Below are positions 38,798-47,774 of a stretch of 55,280 nucleotides of DNA, one piece after another. The translations under genes and the position numbers were made by a program. The notes beneath the pieces are model-generated. The model did not search any database. It worked only from the letters and a program-made list of their open reading frames with translations, and was not told where the DNA came from. Within the stretch, counting starts at the first letter, position 1, and each line of letters begins with the position of its first letter. The DNA comes from a virus (Duplodnaviria; Caudoviricetes), in IMG/VR virus record IMGVR_UViG_3300029787_005125, positions 1 through 55,280 of that record; one strand, given 5' to 3'.

Positions 38798-40870
38798 CTA
38801 ATCATTTAATCTGTGAATGTGATTCAGCCAGTTAATTGCCATAATCATGGCGTATATCCCATGCCCCTCGTTAATTTGCCTTCTAAAAGGAATAAAACGA
38901 ATAAAATACATTGACATGTAAAAAATACCTTTTTTATAAACTTCAAGCCAGTCTTCAACATCCATTATAATAGCATATTGTTGACAAATATTTTCATAGT
39001 CTTTTATGTTGCAATTAAAATATTCGGGAGTGCACGTTAAATTGTTGATGTCTTTGTTTAATAAAGGATTGTCAATAATATTCCACTCTCTATAGTTCGA
39101 AACTATCGATTGAAATATTTTGCCAAGATCAAAATAGCATGTATCCACAAACCGGCTGCCGTCAAGATCTATAAGCTTAAAATCTTGAAAAGTTTCATTA
39201 TACAGTATATTCTCAAGCGTTAAATCTCCATGTATGGGGCTGAGATATTCAGTGTTAAAATTATATATATTTAAATCTTCTATTACTTTCCTTAGTCCAG
39301 AGTACTGCTTACCGTTTACCACAACCGTATCTTGGTTTATCAGATGTTTCATCACCTCACACTCGTTTTCATAAAGCACTAATTTAGGCTCTATTTTCGT
39401 GTTATAGAATGTCTCCATAAACTCTAGGCTAGTATTCTTCTTCCTATAACAATATACATTATTGTGTAACTTGGTAACCACTTTTTCTAGAACCCTGTTC
39501 CTCTCCAGATCTCCGAACTCGTCCAGCTGTTTATAATTTTCGAGATATTCCATGTCGAAATAAAACCAGTGGTCATTATCTTCAGAATTTAAAATTTTTG
39601 GAACAAGTGTGTCATCATAATATTTAAGCCTCTGAAGATCACTCAACTGTCTTTTCAGTTTTTCATAGTGCTCGTATGTCGCCTGGTTTTTAACAATATA
39701 CTTTCTAACAAAGTATTTGCCGTTATTGCTAACAAGAACGGTTTTGCTAAAAGAATTTCCCTTAAATGTCTCGATGACTTCTAAGTCATAATTTCCGCTT
39801 TCATTGAGATCAATATCATCTATGCCCGCGTCTCTAGTTAGATTTATAGACAAGGACTGGCGCACCAGCGGATTAGAAGGCTTTAGATCATTAATCAAAT
39901 AACGAGGACCTGGATTAAGACCCATTACCAGCCTATCATATTCAATCCCAAGCTTCTGGAGCATTGCCTCGAACGTCTTCCTAGTCCTACGAGGTCGCGC
40001 AGTAGACAACACAACCAACTTATCTTTGGATCTCCATTCTTGTATTTTTTTTGCAGCATCATTAATAACAAAATTGTCCTCCACAATATCATTTGAACAC
40101 CCTTTGTGCCTAAGGAGAACCCCATCAACATCACAAATTATTGTTGCCTTTTTTCTTCTCTCTTCGATAGCTTTCTTTGCCATTTTTGGGTCACCAAAAA
40201 AATAAGCAGTTTTAATTTTAGCCAACTCTACATTAAGATCTTTATGATTCTTGCTAAAAAATTGGGAAAAATGTAATAAGTCGCAGGGACTATTTTGTAT
40301 CTGTTCGGAAGATTTAAAATAATAACAACCGATGATCCCTCTAGCTACTGCTTCACTAGTATTCACAAATGGCTGTTTTTCACTAAAGTTAACAATGGAC
40401 TCACTAGACGGATTAACTATTATCTTTCCCCAATTTTTATGTTCATTGGGATGTATGTCCCAAGTGGGTATTACTATGTCAACACACGGATTGTCCCCAA
40501 CCTTTTCAATCATTGGACGTATATCCACATAGTGATCACAATCACACACTATAATTTTACTAAGTGCCCCCAATTTCTTCAGACCTAATTGAATTGTCTG
40601 GAATGGTCCCTCTGTTTGCTTATCGATCAGTACTACGTTTATTTTTTTACTGAGGTGGGGGAATAGGCGCTCTTTTAAAGTTTTAGATACTTGATTGGAG
40701 GACTCTTGATCGCGCCTAACTATAAAATTATAGCTGTCAACTTCAACATTGCTGAAGCTGTCAAGAACATGCTCTATAAAAACTCTGTTGTCTAAATTTA
40801 AGAAGGGCTTAAAATTGTAATCAAATCGCGAGCTTTTACCAGCCATTGGTATTATAATATTAAATGACAC
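38798..40870 (-). CDS. Three-domain NTP-transferase / HAD phosphatase / APH-choline-kinase-like protein
   Basis: IIPMAGKSSRF...KPF and CDCD (nucleotidyltransferase); CDVDGVL, STAR, LIND (HAD); GNSFS, HGDLTLENIL, LIDLD (kinase). Confidence 0.82.
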   Translation of the reverse strand: MSFNIIIPMAGKSSRFDYNFKPFLNLDNRVFIEHVLDSFSNVEVDSYNFIVRRDQESSNQVSKTLKERLFPHLSKKINVVLIDKQTEGPFQTIQLGLKKLGALSKIIVCDCDHYVDIRPMIEKVGDNPCVDIVIPTWDIHPNEHKNWGKIIVNPSSESIVNFSEKQPFVNTSEAVARGIIGCYYFKSSEQIQNSPCDLLHFSQFFSKNHKDLNVELAKIKTAYFFGDPKMAKKAIEERRKKATIICDVDGVLLRHKGCSNDIVEDNFVINDAAKKIQEWRSKDKLVVLSTARPRRTRKTFEAMLQKLGIEYDRLVMGLNPGPRYLINDLKPSNPLVRQSLSINLTRDAGIDDIDLNESGNYDLEVIETFKGNSFSKTVLVSNNGKYFVRKYIVKNQATYEHYEKLKRQLSDLQRLKYYDDTLVPKILNSEDNDHWFYFDMEYLENYKQLDEFGDLERNRVLEKVVTKLHNNVYCYRKKNTSLEFMETFYNTKIEPKLVLYENECEVMKHLINQDTVVVNGKQYSGLRKVIEDLNIYNFNTEYLSPIHGDLTLENILYNETFQDFKLIDLDGSRFVDTCYFDLGKIFQSIVSNYREWNIIDNPLLNKDINNLTCTPEYFNCNIKDYENICQQYAIIMDVEDWLEVYKKGIFYMSMYFIRFIPFRRQINEGHGIYAMIMAINWLNHIHRLND

Positions 40871-40885
40871 TTTATCTCTAACTGT

Positions 40886-41713
40886 TTATTCATAATGTAT
40901 CACAAAAAGACCATTTCCTAATTGAGATTTTCGTTTTGTGGGACATCCTCTCACCAGCCTGCTGTTAGGTTCGAAATTTTTGATTATCCCATATAAAGAT
41001 TTTTTATCAGCATATGTTAAAATATCTACTAAATTTTTTATTTTTACATGATCTTCCAACAAATAATACAAATGATGAAGACTACAATGCTGCGTTGGAT
41101 TAAACCAACCCGGGTCGCGATTTATAGCCACTGTATCTTCTTTCATATTTAGGCAATCATAATAGTTATCGATAACGTCGGGTGTAAAAACAATCAAATT
41201 ATCATCAATTCCTATATCTTTTGTGGATTCTTTATCAATATATTTCTTTTTTAAATTAGGACCCATTGCATACACGAACACTCTATCGTGCAGCTCCTGA
41301 GTTTTTCGAATTGTTTCTAGATCAAGCTTGTGAAATAAATATACATCAAATCTTATCATAACCACCAAATCATAGTGCGTGTTTGTTTTTTGCTTATATT
41401 GATTATAAATCTCAATAACTCGTTTAGCGTTTAGGACCACCTTTTTACCTAGCTCCGGACCATGGGCGCCGCCGATGTCATCATCGTAGGCGTATGCTTT
41501 AGCGTTAAAATCTAGCGCGAGCTGATCATATTCATTATTGTCACGGTCGGCTTCTTTCCAAGTGTGGAAGAATACATCACAATCATAATTGTTTAATAAA
41601 TTTGTTTTTAAATTATCAATATTATTCCTATAATCAACTGAGACCTGTTCCTTAAACTGCCAGTGTTCATAAGTGTTTATAGAAGACCCTCTTAGTAAGA
41701 TTGCCACTTTCAT
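40886..41713 (-). CDS. Uncharacterised putative glycosyltransferase-like protein (paralogue of 36212..37006)
   Basis: KVAILLRG...DVFFHTW...YDLVVMIRFD. Confidence 0.5.
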   Translation of the reverse strand: MKVAILLRGSSINTYEHWQFKEQVSVDYRNNIDNLKTNLLNNYDCDVFFHTWKEADRDNNEYDQLALDFNAKAYAYDDDIGGAHGPELGKKVVLNAKRVIEIYNQYKQKTNTHYDLVVMIRFDVYLFHKLDLETIRKTQELHDRVFVYAMGPNLKKKYIDKESTKDIGIDDNLIVFTPDVIDNYYDCLNMKEDTVAINRDPGWFNPTQHCSLHHLYYLLEDHVKIKNLVDILTYADKKSLYGIIKNFEPNSRLVRGCPTKRKSQLGNGLFVIHYE

Positions 41714-41718
41714 CTAAT

Positions 41719-42468
41719 TTAATCCTTTAGAATCGCTACTAAATCATTTTCAGAAAAAATCTCATATCCATTGGATCTTAAGATTTCTATAGCCTCGGAC
41801 TCCTCGTCTTTTGTATATAGTCCCTTGCTTGTTCCAAAGTTAGGATGACTAGGAGGATATCTGGTTTGTCCATAAATTTCTGATATATATATTTTTGGCA
41901 CAATCTTATCAAACGGGAATGATCTCATTATAACTATGTCATGACCCTCGCAATCTGTTTGAAGCACAACATTTTTATACGACCGAACATTATACTTGTC
42001 AAGTATGTAATCAAACGTTTTGGTTTGTACTTCCAGGATCTGTTCAAATTGTTTAAGCTCAGGGCAGCCAAGATTATTCTTGTTTTCGTAAAAGGAACCT
42101 AAACCGCCAGCCCAATGTTCAGCCCACAGGTGTGGCTGCGATTCTAGTCTGAACGTGACTTTTCCAGATGAAATAAGATGCTCTGGAATATACCTCATTT
42201 GCACGGTCTCTTCTTTGTCGCTTATGGCAACGTTTTCAAAATTAATGTTGCTTAAGTGAGCGTAGTTTTCCTTTAGTTTTTTGAAATACCCCGGGATAGG
42301 CTCAATCATGATAGATGTCGGGTCATTCCGTAACACAAAATCCCACATCCTGTCACAACAATAGCCGTCATTAGCACCTATCTCAATTAGCAAAAAATCT
42401 TGGGGAGAACTTAGGTATAAATTTTCCACCATTTTCATCAGTTGTTCAGTTTGTATTTTTTTTACCAT
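41719..42468 (-). CDS. FkbM-family methyltransferase
   Basis: IEIGANDG, MIEPIP, FENVAISD, LQTDCEGHD. Confidence 0.88.
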   Translation of the reverse strand: MVKKIQTEQLMKMVENLYLSSPQDFLLIEIGANDGYCCDRMWDFVLRNDPTSIMIEPIPGYFKKLKENYAHLSNINFENVAISDKEETVQMRYIPEHLISSGKVTFRLESQPHLWAEHWAGGLGSFYENKNNLGCPELKQFEQILEVQTKTFDYILDKYNVRSYKNVVLQTDCEGHDIVIMRSFPFDKIVPKIYISEIYGQTRYPPSHPNFGTSKGLYTKDEESEAIEILRSNGYEIFSENDLVAILKD

Positions 42469-42498
42469 ACTTTTATCCTTCCTGGTAGAGTTTTTAAA

Positions 42499-43233
42499 TT
42501 ACATTTTTTTTATTACAGCTAGATTTTTTGCACCGTTATAATCAGCAAATATTGTCATATTTTTAATATTATTTTCCAGATAGTCAACCTCACTAGGAGT
42601 TAACACATTGTTAGTTACCCATTTACCAGTTTGTTGAAATTGTCTGTACGCATCAATCAAATGCACTTCCCTTTTATGATAAATTTTTTCTATGTTTTGA
42701 TTAACATCCTCCCCATCTAGCCAAGCGTTCATGTCATGTAAGCGATTGTCTCTATCCTTAGCGCAGGATAAGTCTTCAACAATATAACACCCATTTTTCT
42801 TTAACTTCGGCAACAAGTTAGCCAAACTTATAGCTATACCGTCTGATACGTGAGCAGCATCATCAATAATAATATCGTAATATTCTTCCTCTGAATCAGC
42901 AGGGTTGACAGGAGACAATCTCTGTAGATCACCTCTGTTTAACTGATTTCCTACTATCACATTAACCCCCAAATTTTTTATTTCTTCAACCGTAACAGTT
43001 ACGGACGAATGGGTAATAAAAAATGGATCAAATAAAGTTACGTCCGCATTCGGCAAAAAGTCTCTCCACATCTTTATTGATGCACCCGTATCTCCCGCTC
43101 CCAATTCTAAAATTCGGAGTGGCTTATCCCGGATGTTCTTTAGCATATGAAAATATACTTTTTCTGTGTAGTTGTGTTGTGGTCCGGCCTTGTCTGTTCC
43201 ATGAATCTTGCCGATTTTTGTTAATTCATTCAT
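42499..43233 (-). CDS. Class I SAM sugar O-methyltransferase (MycE/TylE-like)
   Basis: GTDK...HNY, ILELG, SIKMWRDF, GNQ, YDIIIDDAAH, YIVEDL. Confidence 0.8.
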   Translation of the reverse strand: MNELTKIGKIHGTDKAGPQHNYTEKVYFHMLKNIRDKPLRILELGAGDTGASIKMWRDFLPNADVTLFDPFFITHSSVTVTVEEIKNLGVNVIVGNQLNRGDLQRLSPVNPADSEEEYYDIIIDDAAHVSDGIAISLANLLPKLKKNGCYIVEDLSCAKDRDNRLHDMNAWLDGEDVNQNIEKIYHKREVHLIDAYRQFQQTGKWVTNNVLTPSEVDYLENNIKNMTIFADYNGAKNLAVIKKM

Positions 43234-43239
43234 TACTAT

Positions 43240-44109
43240 CTATAGCTCTCTTTCTTTCATATATTCTGGCTCTACAGAATCTCTACAGGTTTTACAGAAA
43301 CCCTCTTTAGGTCCATCCTCCTTGTGGTGGTCCCGCCATGGTCTGTACTTATCACTCATGTATATATCCCATAGCTTTCCCTCGCTAACATGTCCCATGA
43401 TGCCACTTTCTTGACCTGGGACATCTGAGCGCAGGGCGCAGCAAACCATCACAGAGCCGTTAAAATCAATGTACATGTTCTGAGATACTTGAAGACATTT
43501 CTGCGTTCTTGTGTAAGCAGAGGCAATCTGGACGGTGTCTCCTCTGCTTGATCCATCCTTGTCGAAATTTCTTGAACGTATGTGTATTGTCATGCCCCTA
43601 TACGAGAGGTCGTATTCCAACTTGCAATCCTCGATATCGGTGATTATTTTAGCTGGGAGATCAAGCTTCTTTATTTTCTTTTGTGCTCGCTTGCGCATTT
43701 TTTCATGATTGTACCTCTCATTATTCCCTAGATATTGCTGAATCCATAGCTGATTGAAACCGGCATCACATAACTCTTCCACATAATCTCTGGTTATATA
43801 ATCACCATTTGTGTTAGTTCTTAATATAGCTTTGGGCAGCGCCTCACGGGCTTGTTTGATTCTTTTTATAAAAAGCTCTCTTTTCGCAGTTGGTTCGTTA
43901 TATCGACTGTAAGTAAGTTCACCAGAAAAATCTACTTCCCTTAACTGCGATATCAAGTCTAAATAAACCTCCTCTGGCATGATTTTATTATCTGATATTC
44001 TGTCCACAAATGAATTTGGACAAAACCAGCACTTCCTATTACAATAAGAAAATGTCTCAATCTCAATGAGTTTAAGATTTTCTTTAAAAATTTCTTTATT
44101 TGTTTTCAT
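43240..44109 (-). CDS. Radical SAM protein with SPASM/twitch domain
   Basis: CNRKCWFC (CxxxCxxC), YNEP, TNG; C-terminal C...CC...CKTC. Confidence 0.9.
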   Translation of the reverse strand: MKTNKEIFKENLKLIEIETFSYCNRKCWFCPNSFVDRISDNKIMPEEVYLDLISQLREVDFSGELTYSRYNEPTAKRELFIKRIKQAREALPKAILRTNTNGDYITRDYVEELCDAGFNQLWIQQYLGNNERYNHEKMRKRAQKKIKKLDLPAKIITDIEDCKLEYDLSYRGMTIHIRSRNFDKDGSSRGDTVQIASAYTRTQKCLQVSQNMYIDFNGSVMVCCALRSDVPGQESGIMGHVSEGKLWDIYMSDKYRPWRDHHKEDGPKEGFCKTCRDSVEPEYMKEREL

Positions 44110-45050
44110 CTATCTAACATTCCTCTAATAGTTGCAACGAGTTCATCAGCCCTATGAGACCATCGGCAATTGTCATGAAAAAACGTCTTTGCATTTTCAA
44201 CTATTGTTCTTCTATCTTTATCATTATTTAAATAAAAACTTAACTTATCATTAAAGTCTGTTAAGTCATTACTAAATTCAACACAATTAACTCCATCTTT
44301 AAAAATATCACGATACTCAGACGGTATCTTTTGACAAAACAAAAGCGTGCCCGTGGCAGCAACTTCATAGTATCTTGGTGTTATGTCCCCAAAAGCTGCT
44401 TGAGTCGCTATCCATATCTTTGATTTATTTATGGTTTTTGAATATTCCTCATAACTTGGTATTCTAGCCGGCCGGGAATCACTTGAACTCCAAAAAACTT
44501 TAATTTTGTCGTTTTTAGTTAGAATATCTCCTATTTTGGTGCGTATGTTTTCCACCGGGAACGCACCAGTTGGGTAGTGTTTATTTTCGTGCAAGGCTCC
44601 GGAAAAGCCAATATCATATTCTTTTTCCATCTTTCTATCAAAAAATACAGATTGATCAAATCCGTAAGGAAATAACTTGGTTTTTATTCCGGTAACTTTT
44701 TCAATCTTTTTTGTTCCGGGGACCGGAGTTAAAATTTGATCTATTTTATTAATTTTACAAAAATTTAGTTTTTCCTTTAATTCATTTTGTGGTTTAAATA
44801 ATACGCAAATAGATGGAATACTCATGCCTGACAGGCGACCAAAATATTTATGGTTAAACCAACCTAACCCAAATATAATTACATCAGGGCTAAAATTACT
44901 TTGAGTTATTAGGTGCTCAATATTATGTGGTACACCTCGATGTAACATCACACTATGGTCTCGCGCTAGTTGATCGTATACCCCGTCATAATATTTATAA
45001 TTACTGGACGTCCCTGTTTGTACCACAGGGTCTACATACAGAATCTTCAT
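44106..45050 (-). CDS. CgeB-like GT-B glycosyltransferase
   Basis: YDIGFSG, INKSKI, TPRYYEVAATGTLL, FKDGVNCV, YLNN...R..I. Confidence 0.82.
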   Translation of the reverse strand: MKILYVDPVVQTGTSSNYKYYDGVYDQLARDHSVMLHRGVPHNIEHLITQSNFSPDVIIFGLGWFNHKYFGRLSGMSIPSICVLFKPQNELKEKLNFCKINKIDQILTPVPGTKKIEKVTGIKTKLFPYGFDQSVFFDRKMEKEYDIGFSGALHENKHYPTGAFPVENIRTKIGDILTKNDKIKVFWSSSDSRPARIPSYEEYSKTINKSKIWIATQAAFGDITPRYYEVAATGTLLFCQKIPSEYRDIFKDGVNCVEFSNDLTDFNDKLSFYLNNDKDRRTIVENAKTFFHDNCRWSHRADELVATIRGMLDR

Positions 45051-45949
45051 CTGCTTAAATCCTTGACTCCTGGTGCCATGTCCTGGAGTTTTCTAAATTT
45101 TCCTTGGTTGTGAATTCCATTCACTACTAAATTGTAGTCATATATCACTGGCTGAACCATGTGCGCAAAAATAGAAATTATTTCGTTGTCCCCCCACCGA
45201 TACTTGTAAACACCTCCATCGTTATTGACAGCGGTTATCCATTTTTGCCATAACTCCGTCTTGAACATTTCAGTTTTTATAACGTATGTATCACACCAAT
45301 TCAAGTAGTGGAAATTCCAATCAGCGTTTTTATCAAGCAATAGTTTCTTTAAAGGTTGGGATTTTGGAATCACCCTATTGTTTATTAGAAAATTTTTAGT
45401 GAACTCCCATAGTCCAACTCTGGTGTCTAAGTGACCTTGATGGGGCGTTCCATTTTTTAATCTTTGACCAACAAAATACGCCCCCATAAAATATTCCGTC
45501 TCGCTCAACACTCTAAACGGGTCATAGGACATTTCCTCTTCATACCCTGATTCATCATCATGGGTCATAATGTAGTCATATTGTGACAATTCGGTATTCT
45601 CATAACCATACATGTTGCTAGTAAAATTGCACATATGTAGGTAACCCTTACGTTGCACAGAAAAGTTATTCTGCACGTACCATAGGTTTTTTCTGTTGTG
45701 GTAGAGTTCCTCTTCTTTTAGAAATGGTGGAGTTTCATACGGAACAGATTTAAAGATCACATTTTGCGGTGAGCATGCCTCTTTTACCTCGCTCCTAAAG
45801 GAATCATTGTCATAAATGTCATCAAAATAATGCACGTATACAGGGTAATTGTATTTATTATTATAATTTTCCCACAAAGATGCTAGTGAATGCTTAATGC
45901 ACTTACTTCGCGAAGATATGTATACTATGCATGCATTTAAATCATTCAT
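45047..45949 (-). CDS. Kre2/Mnt1-like glycosyltransferase (GT15-like, putative mannosyltransferase)
   Basis: NYNNKYNYPV, GYLHMCNF, YDYIMTHDDES, GGVYKYRWGD, paralleling fungal Kre2 YRHMCR...GGFxYERWGD. Confidence 0.72.
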   Translation of the reverse strand: MNDLNACIVYISSRSKCIKHSLASLWENYNNKYNYPVYVHYFDDIYDNDSFRSEVKEACSPQNVIFKSVPYETPPFLKEEELYHNRKNLWYVQNNFSVQRKGYLHMCNFTSNMYGYENTELSQYDYIMTHDDESGYEEEMSYDPFRVLSETEYFMGAYFVGQRLKNGTPHQGHLDTRVGLWEFTKNFLINNRVIPKSQPLKKLLLDKNADWNFHYLNWCDTYVIKTEMFKTELWQKWITAVNNDGGVYKYRWGDNEIISIFAHMVQPVIYDYNLVVNGIHNQGKFRKLQDMAPGVKDLSR

Positions 45950-45961
45950 AATTATTTCTCA

Positions 45962-46969
45962 CTAATAATACTTGACATCACAAGCCTCATATATTTCGTC
46001 TATCAATTCTAACACATTTTTAGTTTCTATTAAATTGAACTCTTCTAGTCTACTGTACAATACAGGGTGGTTGGGGCATGACCCGGCATATCCCCCATAT
46101 GAGTTTGGCGTGCCTACAGAATTATTAGTAGCTACTAATTTTTCAATTGTCTCTTGTTGAGCTGGGTCCAAAAAGTTTAACTCTTCAAACACATTCATGG
46201 CTTTGCCCCCAAGTTTAATAAATCCGGAATCTGTCATCAAAGACAAGCTACACTCAAGATTTTTTGGCTCACAAGATATTGTTACTTCTGCATTCCCCCC
46301 ATAATCACCAAAATCTAACATGGCATATACAGTATCTTCTATATCTACTGTTTTATGTTTAGTATTATATTTTTTCGCTGCCGCAACACTTGGTTTGCCA
46401 AGTAAATAACACAGAATATCTAAGTAATGTATTCCACACTCATGCAAAATACCGCCCCCAACTTTGGGCTGACCTCTCCAATCATAAAAATATTCTTTTG
46501 GCCTCTGCCATCTTTGGACTAAGCTGAAGCCTCTTACGTTTCCAACAAGATTGTTGTCCAATAGGTATTTTAGGTTTTGGATACAAGAATTTAATCTAAC
46601 TTGTAGAACTGCATACACATTTTGTTGGCAACTTTCGGCATAAGAAACTAAATCATCTATCTGTTTTGGGTCTAAAGTTGCGGGCTTTTCTATCAAAACG
46701 TCGCACCCATTTTGTAAACAAAATATTGCCTGTTCATAATGTTGAGAGTTAGGAGTTGCGATGACTATAAAATCAACTCCAGTTTGTAGTACCATTTGTT
46801 TATAATCCGTAAATGAACTCACAGTCAACCGATTCTTTTTTTGATCTAAAACCTGTTGATCGGTGTCACATATTGCAACTAGTTCGTATTCCTCATTGGC
46901 TTCAACTGCCTCCAGATGTCTTGGAAAAATCATTCCACATCCTATGATGCCTACTTTTTTACTCTTCAT
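45962..46969 (-). CDS. Gfo/Idh/MocA oxidoreductase (WbpB/WlbA-like sugar 3-dehydrogenase)
   Basis: Start moved to ATG 46969 (GAGGG SD); GIIGCG, ATPNSQH, VLIEKP, QVRLN, WQRP..Y, WRG...GGG, HYLD. Confidence 0.85.
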   Translation of the reverse strand: MKSKKVGIIGCGMIFPRHLEAVEANEEYELVAICDTDQQVLDQKKNRLTVSSFTDYKQMVLQTGVDFIVIATPNSQHYEQAIFCLQNGCDVLIEKPATLDPKQIDDLVSYAESCQQNVYAVLQVRLNSCIQNLKYLLDNNLVGNVRGFSLVQRWQRPKEYFYDWRGQPKVGGGILHECGIHYLDILCYLLGKPSVAAAKKYNTKHKTVDIEDTVYAMLDFGDYGGNAEVTISCEPKNLECSLSLMTDSGFIKLGGKAMNVFEELNFLDPAQQETIEKLVATNNSVGTPNSYGGYAGSCPNHPVLYSRLEEFNLIETKNVLELIDEIYEACDVKYY

Positions 46970-47771
46970 AGGTTCCCTCTCTGATTGATTTGGCAACCTT
47001 TTCGGCTATTGGGCAATTACCCCTGATACCTTTTCTAATGTAATAAGGTTGCTCGTAAACAACGTTTGGATAATGCCCTGCACTTGGACCTCGGAGTCCA
47101 AGTTCTGCTTTGATTCCATTCATGTGGAGTTTCATCTGTTCATAAGCCATCAGGCATAGTGGTTCTGCTAATCTAAAATTAAATCCAAGATATTCATGGT
47201 TATACCTTCCAACCTGTCCTTGGTCGCAAATAGATCTGATTTTTTTACTGTCTAGCTTACTGCCTTTTGGAATACAAATCATGCCTCCTTCAAATGTTGA
47301 TATATTTTTTGTTTTATAAAAACTAAAAGCACCTACATCTGACATCATGCCAGCAGGCTTACCACGGTGGCAGGTTGCTCCAAAGGCTTGTGCAGTGTCT
47401 TCTAAAACAACTAGATTATGTCTTTCAGCGATTTCATTAATTTTTTCCATATTACATACGCGACCATATAGATGCACAGGCATTATGGCCTTTGTTTTTT
47501 GTGTAATAGCTTGTTCAATTTTGTTTTCATCAATCAAAAGTGTTTCTGGATTAATATCAACAAATACTGGTTTTGCGCCTGCAATTAATATTGCATTTGA
47601 GGTCGCTATAAAAGTAAATGGCGTTGTTATAACTTCATCGTCTGGCTCCAGATCCATTGACCACAGAGGGGCAATCAGGGCACTAGTGCCGTTATTTACA
47701 GCTATACAATCTTCTAAATTAAAAGTTTCTTTAACATAATCTTCAAATATATTTCTAATAATTACTGGCAT
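46959..47771 (-). CDS. DegT/DnrJ/EryC1/StrS PLP sugar aminotransferase (compact)
   Basis: NNGTSAL, VITTPFTFIAT, PVFVDI, PVHLYG, EDTAQAFG, SFYKTKN (PLP Lys), EGG, GFNFRL. Confidence 0.9.
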   Translation of the reverse strand: MPVIIRNIFEDYVKETFNLEDCIAVNNGTSALIAPLWSMDLEPDDEVITTPFTFIATSNAILIAGAKPVFVDINPETLLIDENKIEQAITQKTKAIMPVHLYGRVCNMEKINEIAERHNLVVLEDTAQAFGATCHRGKPAGMMSDVGAFSFYKTKNISTFEGGMICIPKGSKLDSKKIRSICDQGQVGRYNHEYLGFNFRLAEPLCLMAYEQMKLHMNGIKAELGLRGPSAGHYPNVVYEQPYYIRKGIRGNCPIAEKVAKSIREGTYEE

Positions 47772-47774
47772 TTT

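Noticed and set aside
22641-45964. Possible TAG stop-codon recoding: several TAG stops are followed in frame by the next gene (24159, 29304, 35385, 43240), and four consecutive genes at 22641..30704 share one frame
   Set aside because: Long genes are intact in the standard code; TAG also ends genes at out-of-frame junctions (22234, 38798, 52795); in-frame junctions are about one third of all junctions, as expected by chance
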